A stretch of 64,000 nt of DNA, taken from an uncultured Actinomycetes bacterium (lineage in GTDB: Bacteria > Actinomycetota > Thermoleophilia > UBA2241). The stretch covers positions 416,001-480,000 of the forward strand of contig CAVRZA010000001.1 in assembly GCA_963725665.1 (NCBI GenBank). The letters are read 5' to 3'. Positions within the stretch are counted from its first letter, which is position 1, and every line of letters starts with the position of its first letter. The notes beneath the pieces were generated by a model. That model made no database searches and was not told the origin of the DNA. It worked only from the letters and a program-made list of their open reading frames with translations. Of this stretch, positions 48,036 to 58,154 are shown one piece after another. The position numbers were made by a program, and so were the translations under genes.

Positions 48036-48605
48036 GGCCGACCTCGACCTGGAGCGCGGCTTCGTCAACGTCTGCCGCACCGTCGAGGAGGACGAGGACG
48101 GCAGCCTCCTCGAGTACCCGCCGAAGAACGGCAAGGCGCGGGTGGTGCCGCTGCCCGCCGCGGCCTGCGAGGAGCTGCGCACCGCTCTCACGGCGCAGAA
48201 GGAGTACCGCCTGGCGCATGGCGGCTCTTGGAACAGGCGGGGAGGGTCGTCCCCAAGAAGGACGGCACCCAGATTGCGCCCTCGACCCTGAAGAGCCGGT
48301 GGTGGAACTGGGTGGCGCGGCAGAAGATCGATCCCCACCTGCCGATGCACGGGCTGCGCGACTCGCTCGGCACTTGGGTCTACGAGGAGTACGGCGTCAA
48401 GCAGGCGCAGGAGTGGCTCGGCCACTCCGACCCGGCGACCACGCTGCGCCACTACGTGCGCCTCACCACCGCCGCGCGGGCGAAGGCGGTCGCCGGGCTC
48501 GACGAGGTCACGCGGGCCGCGCTCGAGCGCGCCGAGTAGAGCGTCCGCGAGGACGCCCGGCCCGTCCTCGACAACGTCGTGTCGCTCGCAAGCCGGAGGC
48601 GCTGA
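48036..48605 (+). pseudogene. Tyrosine integrase C-terminal remnant, family A copy 1
   Basis: DLDLERGFV...PPKNGKARVVPL (frameshift) ...HGLRDS...LGHSDPATTLRHY; internal TAG ending at 48539. Confidence 0.85.
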
Positions 48606-48674
48606 CCAAGCCGAGCGGCGGCTCGGGTCACGCTAGTGCCCATTCGTGCGACAGTCTGCGACGAGCCACGCTCG

Positions 48675-49598
48675 CTAGGCGGCCTTCGGGAAGTCGCGCC
48701 GTACCACCTCCTCGAGACTCGTCGGGTGGACGCTCGGGTAGCTCCGCGCCGTCTCGCTGTCGTCGAAGGCCATGTCCGTCGTGTCCATGACGACGGCGGC
48801 CTTGGCCTGGCGGGCCATCGTCGAGCTGAAGGGCCGCATGATTACCGACATGGCCCGCAGCATCGGCAGCGGTATGTGCCGCTCGCGGCCTGAGGCGCCC
48901 GTTAGTTCCTCGAAGCGGTGCACGAGCTGGTTGACGCTCAGATCGTCCGGACCGCCGACGTCGATCGCCTGGCCACGGAGCCCGTGATCGACCAGGGCCA
49001 GTTCGATGAAGGCCGCGACATCGCGCGCCGAGACGAAGTTGATGGGATTGTCACCGCGCCCGAAGATGCGCGTCTTGTGGTCCTGGAGCAGCGGCGCCGC
49101 GACAAGCGCGGCCCAGACCTCCATCGACGGCGTGGGGCGGATGATGGTCCATGGCAGGATCGAAGACGTCAGGACCTGCTCGACCCGGTACTTGATCCGT
49201 CCCAGCTCGAGGGGGCTGTCCGGGGCGGCGCCGTGCAGCGAGACCAGGACGAAATGACTGCTGCCGGCGTTCTCCGCCGCGCGGATCAGATTGATGTTGC
49301 CCTGCAGGTCGGCGCTGCGTAGATCGCCGCCGTGTGGCCGGCCAAAGGCCGAGAAGGCCGAGACGACGGCGTCGCAGCCTTCGACCGCTGTCTCGAGGAC
49401 GTTCTGGTCCCGCACATCGCCCGGCACGACCTCGATCATCTCATTCTCCACGCTCCTGGCTCGCTCCGCGTCGCGGGCCAGGATCCGCACCTCGAAACCG
49501 TGCTCAGTCAGTCGGCCGACCAGATGGCCGCCGAGCGTGCCGGTGCCACCCGCGACGGCCACCAGACGAGGTTGATGCTCCTGCTGTTGCGTGCTCAT
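48675..49598 (-). CDS. NAD(P)-binding NmrA/atypical SDR family protein
   Basis: VAGGTGTLG, GDVRD, TIIRP, FVSARDVA, GGPD. Confidence 0.88.
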   Translation of the reverse strand: MSTQQQEHQPRLVAVAGGTGTLGGHLVGRLTEHGFEVRILARDAERARSVENEMIEVVPGDVRDQNVLETAVEGCDAVVSAFSAFGRPHGGDLRSADLQGNINLIRAAENAGSSHFVLVSLHGAAPDSPLELGRIKYRVEQVLTSSILPWTIIRPTPSMEVWAALVAAPLLQDHKTRIFGRGDNPINFVSARDVAAFIELALVDHGLRGQAIDVGGPDDLSVNQLVHRFEELTGASGRERHIPLPMLRAMSVIMRPFSSTMARQAKAAVVMDTTDMAFDDSETARSYPSVHPTSLEEVVRRDFPKAA

Positions 49599-50011
49599 GC
49601 GACTCGCCTCCCGCTCGCCAGGTCGGTGACTGCCTGCTCGATGCCGGCGCCACTCTCATCCACGGGCTCCATGTAGAGGCGCATCCAGCGGACGACGTCG
49701 TCGCGCTGGCCCAGGATGATGACGCCGCGCATCACCCATGGGCTGCCGTCGCGGCCCGTGCCACGCCACTCCCACTCCGTCCAGACCTCGTCCCCGTATG
49801 CTGCCCAGCTCTTCAGCTCGGCCTTGAGATCGGGCACGCTGCCGAGGATCTGCGTCCAGTTCTTGCGCACCTGCTCGCTCCCCCGGAACGAGCGGTCAGG
49901 GTGTGCGGGCTGGTCACTGTCGTAGTCGGGGTCGAAACATGCCGTGAGCGCGTCGAGATCGTGGTCATTGATGGCTTGCTGCATGCTCTGCACTATGCGT
50001 GGGGGGTTCAT
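49595..50011 (-). CDS. SnoaL/NTF2-like protein
   Basis: AINDHDLDA, DQPAHPDRSFRG, RLYMEPV. Confidence 0.85.
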   Translation of the reverse strand: MNPPRIVQSMQQAINDHDLDALTACFDPDYDSDQPAHPDRSFRGSEQVRKNWTQILGSVPDLKAELKSWAAYGDEVWTEWEWRGTGRDGSPWVMRGVIILGQRDDVVRWMRLYMEPVDESGAGIEQAVTDLASGRRVA

Positions 50012-50183
50012 CACCACATCACCGACTCTCGCAGGAGCCACGGCCCAACGGCGCTGACCCTGCCGAGACCGCTGCTCGCTTCCGTTTCTCCGATGTCGGC
50101 AGTGTTCCCGAGTTCGTCGGGAAGAACGCACCGCCGCCGCCCTGCTCGCGTCGTGAGCAACCCTCCCTCAGCGCGTCAGATAC

Positions 50184-50212
50184 TTGACAGTATCATTGAT
50201 ATCATCAATCAT
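50184..50212. promoter_or_regulatory. -35 TTGACA overlapping region with palindrome ATTGAT-ATC-ATCAAT (probable MarR operator)
   Basis: AT-rich patch; palindrome at 50195-50209 just before the marR ATG at 50220. Confidence 0.7.
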
Positions 50213-50219
50213 ATCCGCC

Positions 50220-50720
50220 ATGGACCACCCGCCGATCTCCGCGCACGACGAAGGGCTCTTCGAGCATGATGTCGGAGTCAGCTACCTGCACCTGCTGCGC
50301 GAGGTGCTGCTCACGTACCGGCTTCTCATGCGGGGGGCGACGGCCGAGTTCGGGGTCTCGGGCGCCCAGTTCGAGGTCCTGCGGCAGCTCGCCCTGGCAG
50401 GCGGTCGCTCCATGACCTCGGCGTTGGCGCGCGACCTGGCCGTCGACCCGGCCGCCGTGACGCGGCTCGTCGCCGGCCTGGAGCGCCTCGAGCTGGTCTC
50501 GCGCGAGGACGATGTGCGGGACGGGCGCCGGCGGCCGGTGCTGCTCACGCCCGCCGGCCGCGCCATGATGCTCGACTTTCACGCGCGCATGCACGCCCGC
50601 GAGGCCGCGCTGGCCGAGTCTATCGACCAGGCGTCGATCGACGGCGCCATGCGTGTCCTCCAGACCATCAGAAGCGTCTTCGACCCCAGCGCGCTGCGCC
50701 GGCCGAGCCAGTCCAAGTGA
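50220..50720 (+). CDS. MarR family regulator
   Basis: QFEVL, LARDLAVDPAAVTRLVAGLE, DGRRRPVLLTPAG. Confidence 0.92.
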   Translation: MDHPPISAHDEGLFEHDVGVSYLHLLREVLLTYRLLMRGATAEFGVSGAQFEVLRQLALAGGRSMTSALARDLAVDPAAVTRLVAGLERLELVSREDDVRDGRRRPVLLTPAGRAMMLDFHARMHAREAALAESIDQASIDGAMRVLQTIRSVFDPSALRRPSQSK

Positions 50721-50730
50721 GGAGACTCTC

Positions 50731-50994
50731 GTGAATGCGAACCCTGGACGCCTGGACGCCTCGAAACCGCGGCGCCGTCACAGCCGGACCACGACGCCTT
50801 TCGTCGCCCTGGATCGATCGCTCTGCAAGGCGTGCTGGTGTTGTGTAGCGGCCTGCCCCGAGGCCGTCCTCGGCAAGCTGGAGTTCGGCTGGCACAAGCA
50901 CGCCGTGGTCGACTCCGGCGAGCTTTGCACCGGATGTGGCAAGTGCCTGAAGGCATGCACGTCCGGAGCGCTCAGCGGCCGCAGCGTCGCGTAG
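50731..50994 (+). CDS. 2x[4Fe-4S] ferredoxin-like protein
   Basis: CKACWCCVAACP and CTGCGKCLKAC; RBS GAGGAG. Confidence 0.85.
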   Translation: MNANPGRLDASKPRRRHSRTTTPFVALDRSLCKACWCCVAACPEAVLGKLEFGWHKHAVVDSGELCTGCGKCLKACTSGALSGRSVA

Positions 50995-51113
50995 TCGATG
51001 GGTCACTTGGGCGGGGACCTTCACATGGACGCGCCAGAGAAACAGACGTCGAGCGAGGTCCTGCCTTGGGCTCTGATCGGCGTCTATTTCGCGGCCAGTC
51101 TGGCCGACAAGAT

Positions 51114-51432
51114 CTACCCGAACGCCGCCTGCGGCGTGACCTTCGTCGTCGCCGCGAGGGCGCCAGCCGTTTCTTCGAACGGAGTGCCGGGGTCGGGCCA
51201 GTGCAGCTGGTAGAGGTCGATGTAGTCCGTGCCAAGGTTGCGCAGGCTCGACTCCACGCCCTCCCTCAGCCAGGACGCGCTCGAGTCCCTGACGAGGGTG
51301 TCTCCCTCCATGCGCAGCCCGCCCTTGGTCGCCACGATCACCTCATCGCGCCGGACCCGTTCCCACAGCGCCTCGCCCAGCAAACGCTCGGACACGCCGA
51401 AGCCGTAGCCCTGTGCCGTGTCGTTGGCGAAG
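51114..51432 (-). pseudogene. Aldo/keto reductase internal fragment
   Basis: DTAQGYGFGVSE, IVATKGG, SLRNLGTDYIDLYQLHWPD; both ends missing. Confidence 0.8.
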
Positions 51433-51451
51433 ATGTGTGGGAGTGTCACAG

Positions 51452-51779
51452 AGCACCCTCGACCATGAAGAGCCAGTGGTGGAACTGGGTCGCCCGCCAG
51501 AGGATCGACCCGCATCTGCTCATCCACGGCCGGCGCGACTCGTTCGGTACCTGGGTCTGCGAGACCTACGGCGTCAAGCAGGCGCAGGAGCGGCTCGGCC
51601 ACTCCGACCCGGCGACCACGCTGCGCCACTACGTGCGCCTGACCACCGCCGCAAGGGCGAAGGCGGTCGCGGGGCTCGACGAGGTGACGCGGGCCGCGCT
51701 CGAGGCTGCCCAGGCGCAGTGCATGGAGGACGAGACGCCGCCGAACAATGTTGTCGAGTTGGCCAGCCGACGCCGCTGA
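51452..51779 (+). pseudogene. Tyrosine integrase C-terminal remnant, family A copy 2
   Basis: APSTMKSQWWNWVARQRIDPHL...LGHSDPATTLRHYVRL, closely similar to 48276-48605. Confidence 0.85.
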
Positions 51780-51839
51780 AGCTGTCAGGTGGCGGCGACC
51801 TCCAGGGACGTGGTGCGCTTCAGCCGCGACTGTGAGCGC

Positions 51840-52211
51840 TCAGCTCACCGCTTGCTTCACGAGCGCGGTGATCTTCGCCTCCTCGGCGGCGGTCAACTTC
51901 TTCACCGCGAAGGCGACTGGCCACATTGCGCCTTCGTCGAGGTTCGCCTCGTGCTGGAAGCCAAACGTCGCGTACCTCGTCTTGAATTTCTGTGCGCTTT
52001 GGAAGAAGCACACGACCTTGCCGTCCTTGGCATACGCGGGCATCCCGTACCAGAGTCTTGGCGAGAGAACTGGTCCGTTGGCTTTGATGATCGCATGGAG
52101 CCGCTCGGCTATGGCGCGATCAGGTTCCGGCATCGCGGCGATGTTTGCGAGCACCTCGGCCTCGCCGTCGGCCTTCTTCGTTGCCTTGTTCGCAGCTTTC
52201 TTCTCAGCCAT
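51840..52211 (-). CDS. DUF1801/YdhG-like protein
   Basis: [29 protein letters not shown]. Confidence 0.85.
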   Translation of the reverse strand: MAEKKAANKATKKADGEAEVLANIAAMPEPDRAIAERLHAIIKANGPVLSPRLWYGMPAYAKDGKVVCFFQSAQKFKTRYATFGFQHEANLDEGAMWPVAFAVKKLTAAEEAKITALVKQAVS

Positions 52212-52309
52212 AGTGCCTTCCCTCCTATCTGCGGAGCTGTCAGTGAGGAATCAACGCGGTCGGTTCAACGAACAGCTTGTACCCGGCGCAGCGGGCCGAG
52301 AACATACAT

Positions 52310-52510
52310 ACCCGCCTGCGTGGTGTGGCCGATGGAGAAGATCGCCCGCGTCGTCGTCCGCGCCCGCGGCCTGCAGGTCCACGCAGCCGGCGTGCTCGCC
52401 GGCTTCTCCGGCCTCAGGGTCGGGGAGGTCGCGGGCCTGCGCTGGTCCGACCTCGACTTCGACCAGGGTTTCGTGCATGTGCACTTCACCATCGAGGAGG
52501 ACGAGGACAA
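52310..52510 (+). pseudogene. Tyrosine integrase internal remnant (box I), family A copy 3
   Basis: SGLRVGEVAGLRWSDLDFDQGFVHVHFTIEEDED, homologous to the start of copy 1. Confidence 0.8.
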
Positions 52511-52623
52511 GACGCCGGGAAGGGTTCCACCGTCGCGTTTCCTGCAGATTTGGCAACTTATTAGCAACTCGTGGTATTCTGGTCCGGCCGCAGCGGGACA
52601 AAGTACCTGCAAATCGGCACAAT

Positions 52624-52699
52624 GCCCTCGTAGCTCAGTGGATAGAGCACAGGTTTCCTAAACCTGGTGTCGTAGGTTCGATTCCTACCGGGGGCACCA
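52624..52699 (+). tRNA. tRNA-Arg (anticodon CCT)
   Basis: GCCCTCG acceptor stem, TAGCTCAGTGGATAGAGC D-arm, CAGGT-TTCCTAA-ACCTG anticodon arm, GGTTCGATTCC T-arm, encoded CCA. Confidence 0.97.
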
Positions 52700-52946
52700 G
52701 TTTTCCCCTGCATATGGCGATTTCGCCTTCCTGCTCGAGGCCTCATTCTTGGCCGAATCGGCAAGATTGCCGACATTTTGCCGACGAGACGCACGGCCAC
52801 AGCAGGCTACTGCAGGGCACGGGGCAGTATTGAAGGGCGCCGCGACGGAGTGAGAGCTCGTCTGGTTCACTACGGACATGGGTCGACTGAAGCGTGCGCC
52901 CGTCAAGGCGGCGCAACTTTGAGAGGGTCGTAGCCGTTCGCGGAGC

Positions 52947-53789
52947 CTACGAGGCCCGATCCTCCCGGACTCGCGCGCGCTGTACCTGCCGCGACCGCTC
53001 GTGAGCCCCCTGCCCCCGTCGCAGCAGGATGGCGGCCGGCACGACGGCGATGAGCACCCCCAGCGCCACGAGCTGGGCCTCGCGCAGCCCGAGGAAGAGG
53101 ATGACGTTGACGCGCTCGAAGGAGATGAAGAAGCGCCCCAGGGAGTAGAGCCCCAGATAGAGCAGGAAGGCCATGCCGTCGGTCTTCAGCCGCGGCATGG
53201 CCCAGAGCAGGATGGCGATCACAACCAGCAACCAGAGCTGCTCGTAGACCGGCGTCGGCTGCGTGGGGACACCGAGCAGGTTCGCCGGCAGCAGCGCATG
53301 CGGGTTCTTATAGACGAACCCCCAAGGGAGCTTCGTGGCGTAGCCCCAGGTGTCGCCGTTGATGATGTTGGCGCACTTGCCGATCAGCTGCCCGACTGGG
53401 ATGGCCAGCGCCAAGGCATCGAGCACGCGCAGGAAGGGCAGCTTCTTCCAGCGGCAGTAGATGAAGACCGCTAGAACGCCGCCACTGATGACGCCGTAGA
53501 TGGCCAGGCCGATGAGCTGCAGCGTCCAGAGCTGCCCCGGGTGGTGCCAGTAGAAGCCCAAGTTGTCGAGGATGTGGAAGAGCCGCGCCCCGGCGATGCC
53601 AAGCGGGATGGCAAGGAGCAGCATCCCGTAGACGTGGTCGGGGTCGATGCCACGCCGCCGCAGCTGGCGCGCAAAGACGTAGGCGCCGACGAGCACGGCG
53701 ATGGCCATGATGACGCCGTACCAGCGCACGGCGAACGGCCCCAGGTGGAAGAGGATGGGGTCGATGTTGATCGTGATGGAGCCGGTCAC
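52947..53789 (-). CDS. lgt: Prolipoprotein diacylglyceryl transferase
   Basis: IDPILFHLGPFAVRWYG, GARLFHI, GQLIGKCANIINGD, PTPVYE, GRFFI. Confidence 0.9.
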   Translation of the reverse strand: MTGSITINIDPILFHLGPFAVRWYGVIMAIAVLVGAYVFARQLRRRGIDPDHVYGMLLLAIPLGIAGARLFHILDNLGFYWHHPGQLWTLQLIGLAIYGVISGGVLAVFIYCRWKKLPFLRVLDALALAIPVGQLIGKCANIINGDTWGYATKLPWGFVYKNPHALLPANLLGVPTQPTPVYEQLWLLVVIAILLWAMPRLKTDGMAFLLYLGLYSLGRFFISFERVNVILFLGLREAQLVALGVLIAVVPAAILLRRGQGAHERSRQVQRARVREDRAS

Positions 53790-53838
53790 CGGGCAGTCGC
53801 CTCGAGCACTTCTTCCCCCCGACAGGTTTGGCTATTCC

Positions 53839-53857
53839 GAAAATGGTTATCAGTTTC
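53839..53857. promoter_or_regulatory. Zur (Fur-family) box
   Basis: GAAAATGGTTATCAGTTTC, an imperfect palindrome between divergent lgt and znuA; a zur gene ends the operon. Confidence 0.75.
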
Positions 53858-54784
53858 AGCGTGGTTGCCAACCTGTCACGTCTACTCCATCGCCCTGTGC
53901 CCGGCGCGCTCGCCCTGTCGGCTCTCCTTGCGCTGCTTCTCTCCGCCTGCGGCAGCGGCACCTCGACAGCGAGCGGCGGCGGCAAGGTGAACGTCGTGGC
54001 CGCCGAGAACTTCTGGGGCAACATCGCCGCGCAGATCGGCGGCGGCCACGTCCAGGTGACCTCGATCATCTCCGATCCCAGCGCCGACCCCCACCTCTAT
54101 GCCTCCAACGCCGCCAACGCCGCCGCCGTGGCTCGTGCCCAACTCGTGATCGACAGCGGCGCCGGCTACGACACCTTCATGAACGATCTTCTGAGCGCCT
54201 CGGGCGCCCATCCCGCGGTCGTCTCGGCGCAAGCGGTTCTCAAGGTAAGCGGCGCCGACGCCAACCCCCATCTCTGGTACGACATCCCGCGGGTGCCCGC
54301 CGTCGCCGCCGCCATCGAGCACGCGCTGGCCCGTATCGACCCGGCCAACAAGGCCGCCTTCGAAGCCAACCTCGCCAAGTTCGATCGCTCGTTGGCCCCT
54401 GTGAAGGCGGTCATCGCAAAGATCAAGGGCAAGTACGGCGGCGCACCGGTCGCCTACACGGAACGCGTGCCCGGCTACCTGCTCGCCGACGCGGGGCTTA
54501 CGGTGGCCTCGCCGCCGGGCTTCGCCAGTGCCATCGAGAACGGCAACGAACCCGCCCCCGCCGACGTGCAGGCGATGAACACCCTGCTCAGCGGGCACAA
54601 GGTGCGTCTCCTTCTCTACAACGAACAGGCGGTGAGCGCGGTCACCCAGCGCGTCCGCTCGCTGGCGCAGCAGAACGGCATCCCCGTGGTCGGCGTCAGC
54701 GAGACCCTGCCGCCCTCCGATGCGAGCTACCAGGCGTGGCAGCTGCGCCAGGCGCAGGAGATCCTGCGCGCGCTGGGCGGCTAG
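53843..54784 (+). CDS. znuA: Zn/Mn ABC transporter substrate-binding lipoprotein
   Basis: Lipobox LLSAC, VVAAENFWG, DPHLY, NPHLWY. Confidence 0.9.
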   Translation: MVISFSVVANLSRLLHRPVPGALALSALLALLLSACGSGTSTASGGGKVNVVAAENFWGNIAAQIGGGHVQVTSIISDPSADPHLYASNAANAAAVARAQLVIDSGAGYDTFMNDLLSASGAHPAVVSAQAVLKVSGADANPHLWYDIPRVPAVAAAIEHALARIDPANKAAFEANLAKFDRSLAPVKAVIAKIKGKYGGAPVAYTERVPGYLLADAGLTVASPPGFASAIENGNEPAPADVQAMNTLLSGHKVRLLLYNEQAVSAVTQRVRSLAQQNGIPVVGVSETLPPSDASYQAWQLRQAQEILRALGG

Positions 54785-54788
54785 CGTC

Positions 54789-55637
54789 GTGGCGCGGGAC
54801 GGGAAGCTGTGCGGAGAACGGAGGTCCTTCTGCGCCTACGTGGCGCGACGTGGCCTTCGGCGCGCGCACACTCTGGCAGGGCCTCACGCTGGAGGTCCGC
54901 CGGGGCGAGTTCCTGGCCGTGCTGGGACCGAACGGCTCGGGCAAGACGACGCTCCTGCGCGTCCTTTTGGGGCTGCAGCCCCTGGCCGCCGGAACGGTCG
55001 AGATCGCCGGACAGCCTCCCCATCGCGGCGACCCCCGCGTCGGCTACGTGCCCCAGCAGCGCGCCTTCGACCGCGACCTCCCCGTGCGGGGGCGTGATCT
55101 CGTTCGCTTGGGCCTCGACGGACATCGCGCGGGCTGCCCCTTCGGCGCAGAAGCGTGCGAGCGCGCGTCGATGCGGCGATCTGGCTGCGGTCGGCGCGGC
55201 AGACTACGCCAACGCCCCCATCGGCCGGCTCTCGGGCGGCGAGCAGCAACGACTGCGCATCGCCCAGGCGCTGTTGGGAGATCCGCTGGCGCTGCTCTGC
55301 GACGAGCCGCTGCTCTCGCTCGACCTCGCTCACCAGCAGGCGATGACGGCGCTCCTCGACCAGCGGCGGCGCGCGCCGGTACGGCCATCGTCTTCGTGAC
55401 GCACGAGATCAACCCCATCCTGCCCTACGCCGATCGCGTGCTCTACCTCGTGGGCGGCCGCTGGGCGGTGGGCACGCCCGAGGAGGTCCTCACGAGCGCG
55501 CGCTTGAGCGCCCTCTACGGCGCCCCCGTCGAGGTCGTTCGCCTGGGGGACGCATCCTGGTGGCGGCGGCGGACGAGAGCGACTACACCGAGCCCGAGGG
55601 CCACACCCACCACCTCGAGCAAGGGCGCATCACGTGA
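54789..55637 (+). CDS. znuC: Zn/Mn ABC transporter ATPase (several frameshifts)
   Basis: GPNGSGKT, GYVPQ, LSGGEQQR, LLCDEP and VTH spread over different frames; His-rich end. Confidence 0.8.
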
Positions 55638-56509
55638 GCCTGGGCTCCTACCTGCAGCTGCCGTTCGCACAGCACGCCCTGCTCGCGGGCGCCCTGGTGG
55701 CGGTCACCTGCGGCCTCATCGGACCCTTCGTCATCACGCGCCGCATGGCCTTCGCCGTGCACGGCGCCAGCGAGCTCGCCTTCACCGGCGCCGCGGCGGG
55801 GCTCCTGGTCGCCGGCGACGCCGTCGCCGGCGCGCTCTGCGGCGCCGCCGTGGTCGCCGTCCTCATCGGCGTCCTCGGCGTGCGCGAGCACGAGCGCGAC
55901 TCGGCCATCGGGGTGGTGCTCGCCGCCGGCCTGGGCCTCGGCGTTTTGCTCTTAAGCTACTACCACGGCTTCGCCACGGCGGCCACCAACATCCTCTTCG
56001 GCGACATCTTCGGCGTCAGCAATCACCAGCTCGTCCTGCTGCTGGCGATCGGCATCGCCGTGGTCGTCGTCATGGCGGTCATCTACCGGCCGCTGCTCTT
56101 CGCCTCGGTCGATCCCGAGGTGGCCGTGGCGCGCGGCGTGCCCGTGCGCCTGCTGGGGCTGGTGTTTCTCTTCGTCTTGGCCTTCACCGTCACCGAGGCG
56201 GCCCAGGTCGTCGGCACGCTGCTCGTCCTGAGCCTGGCCATCACCCCCGCCGCTTCAGCACAACGTTTGGCGACGAGCCCCTTCGCCGTGTTCGGCCTGT
56301 CGATCGGCTTCGCCTTGATCGCCGCCGACGGCGGCATTCTCGCCAGCCTGCAGAGCAGCACCGTCAAGCCGAGCGTCTTTGTGACCGGCATCAGCTTCGG
56401 TATCTACGTGCTCGCGCGCCTTCTCGGCCCCCGTCTCAGGGGACAGCGGCGGGTGGTACCATCGGCAGTGGAAGGAAGGGAGACTCATGGACAGCAAGCA
56501 ATCTCCTGA
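55634..56509 (+). CDS. znuB: Zn/Mn ABC transporter permease
   Basis: FAVHGASELAFTGA, ILFGDI, RPLLFASVDPEVA. Confidence 0.92.
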   Translation: MSLGSYLQLPFAQHALLAGALVAVTCGLIGPFVITRRMAFAVHGASELAFTGAAAGLLVAGDAVAGALCGAAVVAVLIGVLGVREHERDSAIGVVLAAGLGLGVLLLSYYHGFATAATNILFGDIFGVSNHQLVLLLAIGIAVVVVMAVIYRPLLFASVDPEVAVARGVPVRLLGLVFLFVLAFTVTEAAQVVGTLLVLSLAITPAASAQRLATSPFAVFGLSIGFALIAADGGILASLQSSTVKPSVFVTGISFGIYVLARLLGPRLRGQRRVVPSAVEGRETHGQQAIS

Positions 56510-56957
56510 TCAAAGCCGAGCAAGGACGACCCGACAGGGCGAGGCCGTGCTGCGCACCGCCCAGTCATCGGAGCTCTTCCGCAGCGCGCAGGACATCCAC
56601 GCCGAGCTGCGCGCCGCCGGCGAGTCGGTCGGGCTGACGACCGTGTATCGTCATCTCCAGTCGCTGGCGGATGACGGTGTCCTTGACACCCTGCGGACGG
56701 GCGAAGGCGAGCTCCTCTACCGCTGCTGCCGTATGGACGAGCATCACCACCATCTGGTCTGCGAGAGCTGCGGCCGAACGACCGAGATCGAGGGCGCCGA
56801 CATCGAGCGCTGGGTCGAGAAGGCAGCGGGCAAGCACGGCTACACGAGCACGAGTCACACCCTCGAGATCTTCGGCCTGTGCGCAGCCTGCCATGAGAAG
56901 GCAGTCGCAGAGGGAGCCTCTTTCCACGGTGTCGACTCTGGCAGGAACGCCAGGTAA
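56487..56957 (+). CDS. zur: Fur-family regulator, Zur-like
   Basis: FRSAQDIH, GLTTVYRHL, HHHHLVCESCG, HTLEIFGLCAAC. Confidence 0.9.
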   Translation: MDSKQSPDQSRARTTRQGEAVLRTAQSSELFRSAQDIHAELRAAGESVGLTTVYRHLQSLADDGVLDTLRTGEGELLYRCCRMDEHHHHLVCESCGRTTEIEGADIERWVEKAAGKHGYTSTSHTLEIFGLCAACHEKAVAEGASFHGVDSGRNAR

Positions 56958-57073
56958 CACGCTCGGGTCGGACGGCCATCGCTCGGACCGCCAGCTCGAA
57001 GAGTGCCGATCTGGAGAGTTTCGTGCTGGGCCGTGAAGTGCAGCGCCGCCTCGAGTGCCTGGACCGACCTCGG

Positions 57074-57345
57074 CTACGTCCCGGCGAACACCAGCCCCGC
57101 GATCAGCGCCGCCGCCTCCTCCTGCATCGCCGGGATGGCGTGCGAGTAGGTGTCGAGAGTGATGGAGACGGTGGCGTGGCCGAGGCGCTCGGAGACGACC
57201 TTGGGGTGTACGCCGGCCTGCAGGGCGAGGGTGGCGTGCGTGTGGCGCAGGTCGTGCAGTTGGATGCTCGGCGCCGCCTTCTTGACTGCCTGCCCGAAGA
57301 AACGACTCGACGACCTCGGGGTGCGGGGCCTGGCCGTCCTCGTGT
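57074..57345 (-). pseudogene. Tyrosine integrase 3' remnant, family B copy 1
   Basis: LHDLRHTHATLALQAGVHPKVVSERLGHATVSITLDTYSHAIPAMQEEAAALIAGLVFAGT*. Confidence 0.88.
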
Positions 57346-57447
57346 GTGAAAGATCACCTCCTTCTTCGACGGCAGCGCTGCAACGGCATCAGCGGGTCGA
57401 CGGCGGGGGAAGCTTGTCGTACGAGATGCGATCAGAGGAGGACAAGC

Positions 57448-57801
57448 ATGCCACTGCAGAAGAAGAGTTTCGCTTCGCCGGATGAGGTGCGGCCCATGGC
57501 CGACAAGGGTCGCGTCGAGATCCTGCGGGTCGGCGATGGCGTCGTTGGCAAGGCTACGTTCGAGCCCGGTTGGCGCTGGTCGCAGCACGTCAAGCCGATC
57601 GCCGGCACCGACAGCTGCCAAGCGGCCCATCTCGGCTATGTCCTCTCCGGGCACCAGAAGGTAGTCATGGACGATGGCAGCGAACTCGAGTTCGGCCCCG
57701 GCGACGTGGTCGCCATCCCTCCCGGCCACGACGGCTGGGTCCTCGGTGACGAGCCCTGCGTCCTGCTGGACTTCGCCGGCATGGAACACTACGCGAAGTA
57801 G
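57448..57801 (+). CDS. Cupin domain protein
   Basis: FEPGWRWS, SCQAAHLGYV, IPPGHDGWV; RBS AGGAGG. Confidence 0.9.
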   Translation: MPLQKKSFASPDEVRPMADKGRVEILRVGDGVVGKATFEPGWRWSQHVKPIAGTDSCQAAHLGYVLSGHQKVVMDDGSELEFGPGDVVAIPPGHDGWVLGDEPCVLLDFAGMEHYAK

Positions 57802-57827
57802 GGGATGGCGGAGACCAGCGCGTGAGC

Positions 57828-57912
57828 GAGGCGCTCTGAGACGACCTTGGGATGCACTCCCGCCTGCAGGGCGAGAGTGGGGTTCGTGTGGCGCAGGTCG
57901 TGCAGGGCGGGG
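57828..57912 (-). pseudogene. Tyrosine integrase remnant, family B copy 2
   Basis: PALHDLRHTNPTLALQAGVHPKVVSERL. Confidence 0.82.
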
Positions 57913-58154
57913 CGCACCTCCGCTAGCCGCTACCTCGCCGGCGTCGCGTCGGTAGCGTGTCGGCCGGATAGGGAGAGCTACTGCACGTCGCGCCACTCTT
58001 CAGTTTCCGACACGATTTGAAGACCTGTGACCGCGACCGACACACCATCACGGCTGGGGCAACGCCGAGAGAGGATTTCCTTAGTCCGGTTCTGGCAATC
58101 AATCGTGGAAGCGCCGCGGTCCAGACGGCGAGACGATAACGAAGGAGGCACGCC

